A DNA stretch of 64,000 bases from Callorhinchus milii (Eukaryota): positions 107,510,001 to 107,574,000 of the forward strand of contig NW_024704743.1 in the NCBI RefSeq assembly GCF_018977255.1, read 5' to 3'. The notes under the pieces are model-generated. The model was not told where the DNA came from, did no database searches, and saw nothing but the letters and a program-made list of their open reading frames with translations. Within the stretch, counting starts at the first letter, position 1. Each line of letters opens with the position of its first letter. Position numbers and translations under genes: made by a program. Below, piece after piece: positions 13,091-27,400 of this stretch.

Positions 13091-14379
13091 TTCTGGATAG
13101 AAGTATTATTAGTGACAAACCATAAGTCACTTTTTTTTTCATGTTTCGCTTAAACTGATATTAAGCCCTGTACTTTCAGATATGCCATGGCAACAAAACA
13201 AGACAGATGGTAATTAACAACTGGAATGGGTTACCAGGAAGGTAGGTTAATGCCAGGTCATTCATAGAACAGCTCAATATTGTAATGAAGATGGTCAGGT
13301 GGGTATTCAGGAAGGATGAAATGAGGCAAATGGACTTCCTCTACTGAACCTCTCTTTTAAAGTTATTAAGAAGAATTACTTCTATAATTGGAGTGTTTTT
13401 GGATCACTGAATTCCTGGAATACTATTTTCACAAAACATTGATAAAGCCCTGCCATATTGGCAACTGGATGACTGCTACAAATAAAATTACCCATTTTTT
13501 GGTACACTTGCCAATGTTTGCCATCAAAAACATATGTTACACTTGTCTAAATATTGGCTGTGTGCAATGCTAATGGCTTTGCCATGAGTATAATGCACAC
13601 TCACCCTCCCTTTATTACTCAGGGGACAATAATGCCTGATACAAGTATACTATAATTTGAGCTCAAATGAAAAAAGTGTACTACGCAATTTATTTTTAGC
13701 ATTTTTACCAGCATATGCAATTAGATCGACATGAAGGACGCACAAATCCTCTTTTAAACACCTGGTAGAAAAGCACCTTGCAAGATACTTCACTGGATGA
13801 CAAAATCCCATTAAATAGCCGACCTGTCATTCAAAACTGAACTCTGGAAATTTTAAATCAGTCTGTTAAAAAAAATTTGGAAAATGAACAATAATATCAG
13901 TTTGGAATTGTAACGGACATAGAGAAAAACATTACACAAGCGTACTCACTCATTGTAACAGAAAGTAAATGAGACTTGAGATCAGATAACTAACAGGTAT
14001 AAAGTGCCCACAGGATTTCAAGTAGCTGTTTATTGGGTTTGTAGTAGTAAGTCGTTTACACTCGCATTACACACAGCAAGCACCCTATTACAGGGCAACT
14101 TACCACTTTACAGCAGAATAGAAACAGAGTCAAACACAAAAATATTTACATTGTAAAACTAAGCAACATCTGGATAGGGAGAGAGAAATAGCAATAAAAT
14201 TATATTTTTAATAATATAATAATCCTTGCATTTGATACAGCGCTTTTCACGTCTTCGAGATGTTCCTAACTGTCTTGGTGAGGTGGAGTGTGCAAGCATG
14301 GAGGCAGATGCTGCCAGTGCCTGAAAGGACATGGACATGAAAAATAGAACAAGAAACCTATTGTAGTGTGCATTTTGTA

Positions 14380-15061
14380 AAGCGCCTTTCACTTCAGGAG
14401 GACGTCCCAAGTTGCTGAACAGTCAGGGATCAGGACCCGAGCATGGGGGACAGGGTTAGGATGAGGGAGGGCAGAGGGGGTAGGGGGGGAGGTTGAAGGC
14501 ACAGTCAAGGAGAATCTTGAGTCATCCCTTGAAGGAGGCAAGAGAAGGAGCAAGGTGAAGGGATTGTGAGATGGAGTTCCAAAGAGGCGGAAAGCCTGGC
14601 CTTCGATGGTAGGGTGGGGCAGGCGGGAGACCTGGAGCAGGCCAGAGCCCACTTAGCAGAGAGGTTGTTAGGGGGTTAGCATGTCAGAGAAGTAGACAAG
14701 GCCGTAGAAGGCCTTGAAAGTGAGGATGAGGATTTTGAACTCTATCCTCTGGGGGATGGGGCGCCAGTGGAGCCGGGCATGGGGTCACGGAGCCTGGTGC
14801 AGGAAATGACACGAGATGCAGAGTTCTGGATGATCTGCAGTTTGTGGAGGGAAGAGTTGGGGAGGCCGACCAGAAGGGAGTTTCCGTAGTCGAGCCTTAA
14901 GGTGACGAATGCTTGTATGAGGGTTTCGGCGGCCTGAGGGGTGAGGCAGTGACAGAGTCGGACAATGTTGCAGAGGTGGGGGAAGGCAGAGCGGGTCAAG
15001 ACACAGCTATGGACAAGAAATGACAGTTGAGGGTTGAACAAGACACCCAGGTTCCTATTGG
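14380..15061 (-). mobile_element. 5'-truncated L2 LINE
   Basis: AAETLIQAFVTLRLDYGNSLLVGLPNSSLHKLQIIQNSA translation; tail at 14380-14410. Confidence 0.9.
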
Positions 15062-15649
15062 CTTGGTGAGGTGAAGCAAGCGTGGATGCTTTTGCTGCCA
15101 GTGCCTGAGGGCACATGGACATGAAAAAAAAAACTATTCTGGTGTGTATTTTGTATTTGCATTACATTTTTAAACAAACGAGTTCAACACTTGGCAGGAA
15201 ACATTAAACGTGTTGTATAAAAGCCTAGCTGCATCACCTAAATATCAATGACGTGAAGACTTCTGTCAACTTTAGATTCATTGATGCTGAATTTTTAAAA
15301 AGCAATTTACTCAACTCTTCCACGTGTATTATGTTTTGTTTAATATCTGCAGCAATTAGTACGTTAAAAATATCCATGCTGAAATATCCATCCTGTTTAA
15401 GATAAGCAGTGTCCTACTCCCAGTTAAATAATGTATGAAAAGTATTGAAGCTTATAACTATGCTCTATTGAGAACAGTAACCCCTCCTGCTAGGTACCAG
15501 CACTTGTACTAGAAATAGACAATTTCACAGGGATTTTTTTTTCTTACTATGACTATAATACCAGTTTGCTTTAAGCAATTTAAACAGGAGTTGCCATACT
15601 ATTTCTATGAGAAGTTGATTTTACATATTCATAGCTAAAGCTAAAATAA

Positions 15650-16397
15650 TCTTACTGCAACCTTGTTTATTTCCCTTTGCAAAGAACAAATACAGAATGT
15701 ATCTATTTTTTTCCCATGTTTCAGTAAACATCTACCTTACAGTAAATAACTGTGTGTATCTCAGGCTGACTCGGTTAAAATGTAATAGTCTTCAAACTAA
15801 ACCGGTTATATTTATAAACATGGTAACCAATTGCCTGCTGAACCCTTTGGAAGGACAATTATGCTTTGTTTGTCACGTGCACTTAATGCAATTCCATTCA
15901 GTCATGCAGATTACCATCGAATCACATTTGTTTTATCCAAGCAGTCAAAAGTATTTTTCTTTAATGCTCTTGCATTGCAGTAAAGCAAAACTTTTCCTCC
16001 ATTCACAAACAGCAAAGAGCTAACTTCAAACAAGTGAGAAATTTCAGAAATACACATTAGTGTTAAATTATATTAAATATACCACTGAATTTTGCTGCAA
16101 TTAAATGCATAAGTAATAACCATTAACAAATAACAAGTGCATAAACAGTTCACAAGAACAACCATGTGAAGGATGGGGGAGAGGCACCTAAAATGAACTC
16201 TTGTTCTTGTGCATCAGCTTTTTTTCCTTGGAATATTTAACAGGACGATGAGAACAAGCCAAATGCCACAGCTGCTTTTCAGAACTGCATTCATTATAGA
16301 AAGCAACACAAAACAGGCTTTGTATTTTGAAGGAGCAGCAGCTTCAGAAAGATCCATTTCTCATACAGTGGGATACTGTGGGTTCATTGTCTTCATC
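15650..16397 (-). other. CA8: Probable CA8 terminal non-coding exon 9 (3' UTR)
   Basis: Strong acceptor ccattctcttttaacag|GATGAAGACAATG at 16398/16397, then a repeat-free AU-rich stretch with AATAAA on the minus strand at 15671-15666. Pairs with the donor 19 nt after the stop. The 3' end is uncertain: further AATAAA at 14034-14029 and 13694-13689. Confidence 0.6.
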
Positions 16398-16911
16398 CTG
16401 TTAAAAGAGAATGGCACATTCATGCCTGAGAAATTCCATGGTGGAGGGCTTACTCAGTTCATTGGATTGATCAGGAACATGGAAAAACAAGAAAACTGTT
16501 CTAGTATATCAGTGAAGTCTCTCACTGTACAATGCTTGTCTTAAAAGTTGCTCAAGAGAATATATTATAAACATGCTATTTATCTGGGTTTGAAATAATC
16601 ACTGCACTAGATACATATTTCTTATAGCTTTGTAGGGACTGCACAGCATGGGTCTGCGTTTAAAGAAAATCCGATTTGTCTGATATACTGAACTCGGAGT
16701 TGATGCATCACTATATTTTGCTTTACTTCAGTACAATTAAAATGACACCAAAATCCAGTTTTGCGATTCAGTTGGAAAGCTTTTTAGTTACTTTGAAACA
16801 GACTAAAGCAAATCACTCAAATACCACATTAGTTGCATGACATCAAATTGATATTAACTTTCAGATGAATCACTCCTGGTATCAGTTTACATATTCAGAA
16901 TGAATCTATTC

Positions 16912-17150
16912 AAACACTATTTTAGTGAGCAAATAGTGAACCTGTGGAACAGGCTGCCTTGGGAAACAGTTGAAACAGGAAGTGTTGATTCTTCCAAACA
17001 CAGATTAGATAGTTTTCTTTTACGAAATAACATTATGGAATATAGCACATAGGTAGTTCGGGACATATGTGCATGCGACTGCCAGGAAGGTGGAAGACGA
17101 ATTAGATGAACTTGGTCTTTTTTCGTTTAATATTTCTTATGTTATGTTCT
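16912..17150 (+). mobile_element. CR1 3' end
   Basis: atagtgaacctgtggaacaggctgcc and a ttcttatgttatgttct tail. A related tail lies inverted at about 1250-1335. Confidence 0.68.
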
Positions 17151-17317
17151 AATGTGCAGGTAAACTGCATAAGTCTCACCAGTCAAGACCATAACATTCA
17201 ATATAACTTTTGCAAAGTATGAGTTATGCATCAGTTGGATTTTATAGTCTAATGCACAACAAATACATTTATAGAATATACATCTCCTTATGTGCAGACA
17301 ACATGAGGAATAATAAC

Positions 17318-17551
17318 AATAATAATCCTTGCATTTGATATAGCGCTTTTCACGTCTTCTAAACATCTCAAAAGCGCTTCACAGAATATGCTGTAAAGTG
17401 AACTGACTGTATATTTGTGGGCAAAACAGGGCAGCCAATTGCACACAGCAGTGTCCCACAAACAGTCGTGGATTGAAAATGATCAATTTATTATTATTTT
17501 TTGCTTTAGAGGGATTATTATTAGGTGTGTGGAGTAAGGAAACTTGCCCAA
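17318..17551 (-). mobile_element. tRNA-derived SINE, short subtype, lacking the head
   Basis: Body and tail match the family. Confidence 0.85.
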
Positions 17552-18229
17552 GTGAATGAATGGCGCTAGCAAACAGATTTCCAAACAGAAGTTTTTGTAG
17601 AACATGAACTCTTACAGAAATCTATCAACACTGTAGCTGAGTTATTTCAGTTACTGAGCTGTTATATTTCAAACGTAGCCCTATACATGCAGTATTTTGT
17701 CAATGCAGCTGGTAGAGGCAGTTGTGGTGATATGTATTAGAAGATGATTTCCATTAGGATTTCCATTATTTGAGACCAAGAAATCATTGCAATTTATCCA
17801 TTTATTTGACTTGTAAAATACAATTAGGGCAAAGAAACTGAAGTGTTTTTAAGTAGGAAAATTAATTGGAATTGGGTGCATGTACGATTTAGATGAGAGA
17901 GAATTAAATAGAGAGGAGTGAGGGAAGGCTAGGTAGGGGAGAGGCTCACAAGGGTCATATGGAGTATAAACACTGGCACAAACTGGTTAGGGTGAATGGC
18001 ACATTTCGGGGATGCAGATTTTACGCACTTAATTCTATATTTATAAACTCAAACCTACATCACCATTTCATCCAGGACCTGGATCAATTCAAAAGCAAGC
18101 AAAGTAAGCAGCTATTGTGAAGAAACTTTTTTTTAAAAAAAACAAAAAGGCTGTCAATTCCCTGTAACTGATTCTCTATGCCAGCAGCAGTAGAGAGAAA
18201 AACTCTTTCTTCAGTTTATTTGGAATTTA

Positions 18230-18534
18230 ATAATAATAATCCTTGCATTTGATATAGCGTTTTTCACGTCAGGAGGACGTCCAAAGCGCTTCACAGAACA
18301 CACTGTAAAGTGAATTGACTGTATATTTGTGGGCGAACGCGGCAGCCAATTGCACACAGCAATGTCCCACAAACAGTTGTAGATTGAAAATGACCAATTT
18401 ATTATTGTTTTTGGAGGGATTATTATTAGGCGTGTGGAGTAAGGAAACTTGCCCAAGGTTTCGCCCTGCCTGGAATTGAACTCAGGTCTCTCGCTTGCAA
18501 AGCGAGTGCTCTAACCACTGAGCTACAGGACTCC
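18230..18534 (-). mobile_element. Full-length young tRNA(Ala)-like SINE
   Basis: Near-identical to 6682-6996 in reverse complement. Confidence 0.93.
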
Positions 18535-19007
18535 TGTATCCATGCAGTAGAGAATGTAAAAGGAAGTAGATCAGAGATTTGGGATGTAGAAGAGTCAGAA
18601 TAAGTAGATAATATATTTTCCCCTAAATCTGTTTTATACTATTATTGTAATAATTTTATGAATGAGAAGAGGAATGGATGTTGAATTCATACAGACTTCA
18701 ACACAGATCCCATTCTTTCAATGAATTACTGTCATTATAGTCTCACCACTTGTCTAAAATAGTTTTTTTTATTTATGGATGATCCTTCAGAGACTATTTC
18801 CAGATCTGCAAACATTTAATTCTGATGTTTGAAAGGGTACTAATAAAAGGGAATGCCAGTCATTCTCACATAGTGCGTTGTAGCCACTAGCTGACATATA
18901 GTGTATCTTCTCATTACTAGAATTTTTTTAATGAACAATTTAGCAGCTCATCTACACTTGCACATCTAAAATTATATTTCATTAAAGATAGTCATTAAAC
19001 TACCACA

Positions 19008-19261
19008 TGTTGTGGAACTCCATTCCCCAGTGCCTTCGCCTTGCTTCCTCCCTTTTCTCCTTCAAGGCCGGTCTCAAGACCTTTCTCTTCAAACGTGCCT
19101 TCAGCTTCCCTCTCGACTCTCTACCCACTCCTCTCTCCCTCCCTTCCCTCCCCTCACCCTGACCACTTCCCCTCTGCTCGGGTCCCGACCCAACTGTCCA
19201 GCGCCTTGGGACGTCCTCCCGACGTGAAAGGCGCTTTATAAATGAAATCTTGTTGCTGTTA
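19008..19261 (+). mobile_element. Young L2 3' end
   Basis: Matches the 3' ends of 56272-56955 and 31221-31648; stem-loop tail and ttgttgctgtt. Confidence 0.88.
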
Positions 19262-21027
19262 GAATTGAATCTTTGGAAAGTAACAACAAAGTTTATAATA
19301 ATACTTGCATTTGATATAGCGCTTTTCATGTCTTCGAGACGTCTCAAAGCACTTCACAGAATATAGTGTAAAGTGAATTGACTGTATATTTGTGGGTACA
19401 ATAGTTTATTTTTATCCATCAACCAAATCCAACCTAGATCCAATTGGCTGACTTTATTGGTTCCCTCTTAAGGGCTCAGGATTGTCATGTAAATTAGGGG
19501 AGGGGGGGTGGGGGAAGAACACTTAAACCAACAACAAAATTACATTTGTATAGCGCCTTTCACATCAGGAGGACGTCTCAAGGCTGGGATGTCCTTCCGA
19601 CGTGAAGTATAAATCATGTTATGTGCTATGTAAAGCATGTTTTATGCTTTATAAAAGCAGAAAACATCCACGCATTTGAAAACTTTGTTCGATTAAAGGA
19701 TTTGTATGAATACATCTTTCAGTTTAATATTTCTTAAGATACCTGCTACTTAAATGAGTGTAAAAATCATTCAAGGTTTATTGCATATGAGACAATTCAG
19801 CCCTCTCGTGTCTGTGCTAGTGTTTCCTTTCCCAGTAGTTATTCACTCTTATCCCAATCCATTGCTCCATCCCCAAACCCTTTAATATTTCCTGGAAGTA
19901 TTCATTCAATTTTCTTTTTAACTTTGTTGATATGCAACCTACTTCCCAATGAACCAACTTTGCAGTACAGCTCTTCGGGGGTGATCCAGTGTTGTTTACT
20001 TTGGCAAGTTAAAGGAAGTGCACATCAACTGCTGTAAATCAAACACAGCAGATGTACAAGATTCTAGTGATAACTACATAAAGTAAAAAAAAGCACAACA
20101 ATAGGACTTGACTCATTCAATCTGCCATAACTGAAAACTAAAGGTAAGATCAATTTTGTTACCATCTTTATTCACCTGCATGGACAATATTGATCGATTT
20201 TACTATAATGAATGAATTTAACATGAAAGAACCAATGAAAGGACCAATTGTTTTATACATGAAAGGAGCAATCTGGAATTCAAAATGAACAAAAAGGATC
20301 TCTAACAATAGCAGAGCCTTAAAGTGCAAGAAGGTCTCAGCTTCAACCTTGGTCTGTGGTGATTTAGCTTATTTAGTTGGGGTAGCAGTTAGGGTCCTAC
20401 AATTGGCCTCAGCAGCATTTTGCTTTAGGAAGCAGAAAAATCAATCAACCCAAGGACGAGCAGTAAAGTGAGGTTTTCAAAACTTGAGTTTTATTACTCA
20501 TAATACGTCTGTAGAAATCCCAGTTTATTCTATTCCCAACTTCATCAGTTTGTGTAAAATTGGGTCAGTGCCATGGTGCCTGAATTATTAATAATAAGGT
20601 CTGAATTAGCGTCATTGAGCTTCCATTTCTTTTAAGAAATGAAAACAGGTTCATAGGTCTCAAGTGCAACTGCTTCACTTTTGCATCTATGGGATGTTAA
20701 TAAAAGTTCCATTGTAATAAAACATATTAACTTTTACCTGGTAGGAGAGCAAGATGCTGTGAACACATCACTTATCTTGTCACAACCAAAGCTTCATAAC
20801 TGTGTGCAAAGTGGCTGCTGCATTCGCCCACGAGTACTAACACACACACAGCTACATTATGGTAATATTCTGTGAAGTCCTTTGAGGTGTCTAGACGATG
20901 TAAAGGCACTATGTCAAATGCCAGGTTATTATTCCATTTGTCTTTAAAATCTTGCTTTTTAAAAAATTATCTACTCTACATCCCTCCACCAAAATAGTAA
21001 GCTCAAGACTTCTGCCAAGGCCCCTTT

Positions 21028-21348
21028 ATAATAATAATCCTTGCATTTGATATCGCGCTTTTCACGTCAGGAGGACGTCCCAAAGCGCTTCACAGAACAC
21101 ACTGTAAAGTGAATTGACTGTATATTTGTGGGCGAACGCAGCAGCCAATTGCGCACAGTAATGTCCCACAAAGAGTCGTAGATTGAAAATGACCAATTTA
21201 ATTATTGTTTTTGGTTTTTGGAGAGATTATTATTAGGCTCTGTGTGGAGTAAGGAAACTTGCCCAAGGTTTCGCCCTCTGCCTGGAATTGAACTCAGGTC
21301 TCTCACTTGCAAAGCGAGTGCTCTAACCACTGAGCTACAGGACTCCAC
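21028..21348 (-). mobile_element. Full-length young tRNA(Ala)-like SINE
   Basis: Head, body and tail all match the family. Confidence 0.93.
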
Positions 21349-22552
21349 AATGAGGCTGATACAACAATCATTTCCTCCTCCTATTGAACAAGAGCTTGGC
21401 CTGCACTCAACACCCTATTAACTAAACTTTTCAGACCTTGAAAGTAATCATCATAATAATCCTTATTTAGTATTGCATCTTTCACATTGGAAGGATGTCT
21501 CAAAGTGCTTCACAGATTATACCTTAAACTATTTAAAATGCACTTAATAGGCAAGCACCATGAATGAGAAAACGTTCCATGGTATAGCACGTTGAAACAG
21601 CATGTTCAGCAGCATTTTAAGTAACAAAATAATGTCTAATAAAACTTGTTGCCCTCCTAAGACAAAGACTTTACACATGAACATAAATGAAAATCACTAC
21701 TAAATGTTCAAACCTTCTGCTTTGCATGGTAGGATATCATTATATTGAAAGACAAAATTTTACAATGTTTCTAAATCTGCCACATTATTTGCTTGCAATG
21801 CACAGCAACACAAAATATATGCATGTAAGCAGGCTATTTAAATTCAAATCCCACCTAAAGACCTTCCTTCTTGATAGTGCTTACAGTCACCTTCCCCCAC
21901 CTCTCTCTGGCTCACGGTCAGACTCTTCCACTATCAACTGGGATGTTACCCCACGTGAAGGGCGCTATATAAATGCAAGTTGTTGTTATTTATATTTACT
22001 TTAACTACTTGATGGATTTTCTGCTAAACTGGCACCAAATTAACTGTGTGTAGGTTCTTTGTTGGAGGAAGAGAAGCCAAATTGGTATACCATTCACCTG
22101 CTCATTAATGAGATTTTCTATATCTAATTTGATCACTAAAGCCATAAATTCTGCACAAAAATCTTGTTCCAAAAAAAATCAATTTGCACTTACAGTAGGA
22201 TAACATCTCAAAGAGTTTCACAGTGACAATAAGGGCATTAACATCACTTATGAGGTACATTTGTTTAAAAATTCATCGACAAAATTGAGCAACTTCTTAA
22301 TTTTAAATTTAGGTATATTAATTTTGTAAACTAAGCATAGATTGCAACAAAAGACAAAATATACTGCCCTCTGTTGCAAGCAGTATTGTGTATATATATA
22401 TTTATACACACATACTATTGACCAGAAATGCTATACATTCTTGGTCACTTCATCTAATAAATCTGTACAATCGTAGATATTGTGAGTAAAATTTTATTTT
22501 AGGCCAGATAGAAGCTTTTTGTTTAGGGGATACCTGAAATCAATCCTGTTCC

Positions 22553-22687
22553 TTACTGGAATGCAGCTCTGATGACGCGGTCACTGAGTGGTTGAGTTGG
22601 CCTAAAATTGTCTCCTAAAATCCCATCACAGCCATCAGGCAGTTCTGCTCCTTTTACATGTGACCGTACCCTTCTGAACTCTTCTAT
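22553..22687 (-). CDS. CA8: CA8 coding exon 8, coding part ([44 protein letters not shown])
   Basis: Acceptor ttctag|, NFRPTQPL motif, TAA at 22555-22553. The exon appears to continue 19 nt to a CAG|GTATCC donor at 22534/22533. Total CDS 849 nt = 282 aa plus stop. Confidence 0.97.
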   Translation of the reverse strand: MEEFRRVRSHVKGAELPDGCDGILGDNFRPTQPLSDRVIRAAFQ

Positions 22688-24085
22688 CTAGAAAGCAATG
22701 AAGAGAAAATTGAAACAGTTATACATTTTTGTTTGTTTTGCCCACAAAACAGGTAGTCAACTCACTTCACAGTATATCCTGTGTTGCACTTTGAAACATC
22801 TCAACGGCATGATATCAAATGCAAGGATTATTATTAGCATTATTTTTATCAATCAATATATTTCCAAATATGGTATACTATATTGTGGTCGCTCGTTATT
22901 TGCAATCAGTGACGGAAAACAAAACAATTGCTCCAAACCTCACTTGCATAAGGCAAAGTCTGTAAATCAAGAATATTTATTAGAGGTCAGTGTAATATAG
23001 GAAAAATGATTTACTGCACAAAATAGATTTGTTTGGAGATACCAATTCAATCATTGTCCTTTTTAATCACAAAAGTATTGAAATGCTGCAAAATTGCCTT
23101 CGATACAATGTACTCAAATATTCACTGTGCAATTAGTTTTAATGCATCATGCTATACTTCAGTCTTATCTAAAATCACCACCCATCGATTACACTAATGA
23201 AAGGTAGAACAATATCATATCACTGCATTGCAAGCTGCTGCTGCGTAGTTAAAGTTAATGATCACCCTTGAATTGTTTGTTCATAACAAGGAAATAAAAT
23301 ATGTTAAAAAATGGACGATCAACTTACGAGTATGAACATGCTTGCAAGATTTTGCTTCTAAAATTGAAACAGCTTCAACAGACAAGTTAAAATTGTATTG
23401 GAAAGTGCACCATAGAGTATTGGTTAGATACTCTGCGCGTATTTTGCTCCTTTCACTGTCAAACAACAATTTTACGTATTTATTCAATCTTATATGATCA
23501 ACTTGCTTTCTTTAAAAAACTAGCTCCAAGACTGACTAATACAATCAGGACACAGGTAGGTTTTCACTTTCGAACAGTAACTAAGAAGGACAACTTGCCA
23601 TGCCAGAAACATGCATCATCAACAAGTTATATTTATAATGCACCCTTCACGTAGGATAATATCTTGGAGGGCCTCACAGTGGCCGAGCCAGGGGAAAGGA
23701 AAGGTGCCCATAGGAGCAGTCAAAGAGGTAGGGTTTTAAAGTGGGATCCTTAAACAGAGCAATGAGTATTCTAACGTTCCATAATGTACTGTATTAAGTG
23801 CAAACAATGTCAAATTCAATCCTAATTTTGAGGCCGGTGTTCCACAAATCTCTAAGATTGAATTTAAGTTTCTAAAATTCAGTCTGATCTTACATTTTAA
23901 GGCTGAAGGTTAACCTTGTGTGCTTTGGCTTTCTGATAGCAAAAAGGATATTTAATTGTTGAAGTGAGTGCAGTTCCAGAATTTAGGAAACAACAACAAA
24001 ATTGCATTTGTATAGCGCTTTTCACGTCAGGAGGTCGTACCAGGGCGCTGGACAGACAATGTTTCGGAAACGAGCTGGGGGCCAA

Positions 24086-24485
24086 GTGGCCTGATGTCAA
24101 CCACCCTTCCTGATGACCAGTTCCAGTTGTTAATTACCTTCTGCGTCAAGATATACTTTATGGTCTTTGTCCTGAAATTGCTCTTTGCAATCCTAAACCC
24201 ACGTTCTCTTGTTCTGCTGCCTCAGTGCATGTGAAAGTGTTGTTCTGGGTTTACTTTCCAAATCCCATTTAAAATCTTGTATACCTCTCTCCAAGGTCCC
24301 CTCTGAGGCCTTTCCTTTCAAGACTAAAGAACTCTTACTTGGCTAATCATTGCTTAGAGTTCATTCCTGTAACACTGAGGATCACCTCATTGCATTCCTC
24401 TGCACTGTCTCTAGGGTCCAGGCATCCTCTTATGTCAAGGTGACCAAAATTGTATTCGAGGTGTGGCCTGAGAAAAGCACTATCC
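24086..24485 (-). mobile_element. CR1-clade LINE fragment
   Basis: Reverse complement encodes degenerate RPHLEY...FWSP...LETVQR and CR1 C-terminal motifs. Confidence 0.68.
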
Positions 24486-27400
24486 ATTTAAATAATAATA
24501 GCATTTGATATAGCACTTTCACATCTTCAAAAAGTCTCAAAGCGCTTCACAGAATATATTGTAAAGTGAATTGTCTGTATGTTTTTGTGGGCCAATTGCA
24601 CTCAGCACTGTCGCACAAATGGTCGTGGATTGAGTGACCAAATTATTATTATTTGTTTACTCAATCTCACTGTTAGCCCCAGGCAACTGCTGTGACAATA
24701 CAGTGTCAATCAGTCATTCACTCATTCTCAGGACTCAAGACAACAGCATTCCAGCCGGATGTATAATGTGTTGGCTGTATATAAAGAATTTCTGGTCTAG
24801 TGGATTGTTTTGGGTCTATACCAATTGGTATGGGGAAGGAGTTCATGCAAAATTTTGCCCCTTAATCCAAATTGTGCCATACAATACACCCCATACAAAA
24901 TATGACATCTAAAGATCTAAACTCAACTGATTTGGCAATATAGTCCAAAATCCTGTTAGCCTTATTAATTGCTGACTCAGAATGTTTCGACATGGCGAGC
25001 TTTGAATCAATTAATGCCCCAAGATCTTTCAGCTTCCCCTTGGGAATTTAATGCCTCAGTCTTTACTTCCAGTATGCAGTACCTTAAATTCAGCGGCTTG
25101 GGAGATCCTCCCTACGTGAAAGGTGCTTTAAGAATATAATTTTGTTGCTGTTGCATTTATTTGTAATCAATTTCTTGTCAACCAAAAGGACTCGTGGTTG
25201 TTAGGTTCAGAGATAGATAGTTAAAGGAATTGTAAAGGAAACGGATGGGTAGGTTAAATGGACCAATAGTCTACTTCTGCTTGAATTGTACTGTGACAAT
25301 AAAATGCTAGAATACTCAGGTAGCCAAAAAGGGACCATAGGCAATAGTTTGTATATTTGAGATGGAGAAGGGATTTCTACACATTCAGAACTTTGAGAGA
25401 TTCAACAAAACTAAAGCAGCGACAAGTTAGTTCTACAATGTACAGATTTATTCTAAATCTGCAGCGGGCACAATAGCTGGATGTTATGACAGGAATAAAG
25501 GAACTGGAAATGGCCACACGGGGGCACCATTCCACACTGCAGGAAAGGGGTGAGCCTCCAGTTAACAATCCAAAATCTTGTAAAGGTAGCAAGTCATCTC
25601 TCACTTTCCTAGTTAACTATTTGACTTGGACGTTATGGGAAAATAACATTGGCAATATTATTTCATTAGTAACTTAAAAACAGCATGAGCTTGTTAAACA
25701 GAATACCAGTGAGATGGGTAAATAATTATAAATGTCAAAATAATGTAAATATTATTAAATATACATTTTAAATAATTTCACTTTTGTGACACCTTAATGG
25801 ATATTAACTACATATCCCCAAACATCTTCTCAATTCCTTTTAGAGTTGGAGATGATGAATTAGTTATCCACCTTCTTATTAATGAACTAACAGTAAACAT
25901 CCAAATGACAGAATCATCATTTTTTAAACTCTTTTATATTCGATTTACACAGCTTATAGTGCTAGAAGAGTTGTGAGTTTCACTTAAACTGTACATCCTA
26001 CGGTAACTTTGTTTCCGATCTGTTTCTCTCAGTCATTCAATCCGGCAATCAAGCTCTATTTTTAATACAGGACATCGTTTTCCATTCAACATGACACGAA
26101 ATTTCCTTTATAAACAGGAAACATAACAGGAAAAAGCAGCTCAAAGCACCACAAGCATTTGTGAGCATCAATTTATAGCCTTAGAATTTGGTTTTGTTAA
26201 GAATTCATGAATTTTAAAAAAATTAGCTTTAACATTAAAATTATAAATTGAGATTGAAGGCCAGAGAGTAATTAATGATTGGAACAGGTTGTCAGGAAGG
26301 GTGGTTGAAGCCAGGACATTGTCCTTTTTTAAAAAAACAGCTTGATTCAGTAATGGGCAGATGGGTATTCTGGAAGAATGAGATCAAATAGTCAGAAAAG
26401 CTTTCTTCATCCAAACTAATCATGTCATTTATTCAAGCAGCATTTAATGTTTAAAAAAAACTGAACTAAATATTAAGGACAGCAACTTTATAATTACATG
26501 ACTTTGTACACTGCAAAAAAGTAATGAACATTTGAAGAAAACTGATTTACTTTTTTTTACACTTATTGCTTTGAGGAATATGAACTTGGTTATAACTAAA
26601 ATTGAAAGGATAAAACCATCACCTTACAACATAATCCAGTTTAATAAAAGAATGAATAACTTTGCATTACCCTTCAGCATTTTTATATTCACTAATTCAA
26701 TGGTGTTCACTCATTTGATCCTGTTTCTCAATTATTGCATTTTCTATTAATTTTAACGAGTTTGGTTTATTCATGCCAAGAAATGTAATTTTAGTATTCT
26801 CTCTATTTTCACATACAACATCGACAAAGGCAAAGCCCCTCACCATAGATATTGACGGCTTCCATTCCCACAGGTATGAGAGTCCCGAGCTCTCACTCTA
26901 TATTTCTTTAAAAATCATGTTTAAAATAGTGGCAAAACAGCGTGTTTATATTGTCAAACACAGTTTTAAATACAACAGAACAACGGTAAACGAGAGGGAG
27001 GGGGTGAGAAAAGTGACAAATCCTGATTCTTTAAAAAAGTGCCCGTCTTTTTGCTCATCAGTTTCTCTACATGCCTTAGAAGGACTATTGAACTGAACAT
27101 TACCAGTGATACAATGGTAATCGGTGGCCTCATAATCTCATACAATGAGTAAATACAGCCGTATGAACCATTTATATTTACACATATTAAATTATTCATA
27201 TTATTTCATTAATGTTAAATTTTCAAATTAACCTAAGAAGAATAGCAATACTATTGCTCTACCGCCTATTTTGAGCCCCTCCCGCCTCCCCATTAATTTT
27301 GTTTATAAAAGAGTTTAGGCATAACCTTTTTATCATCAAATACCACCAGACAACTTCAAACAATGATGACATTTAGAAGCTAAAGTAATCCCTTAAACCA

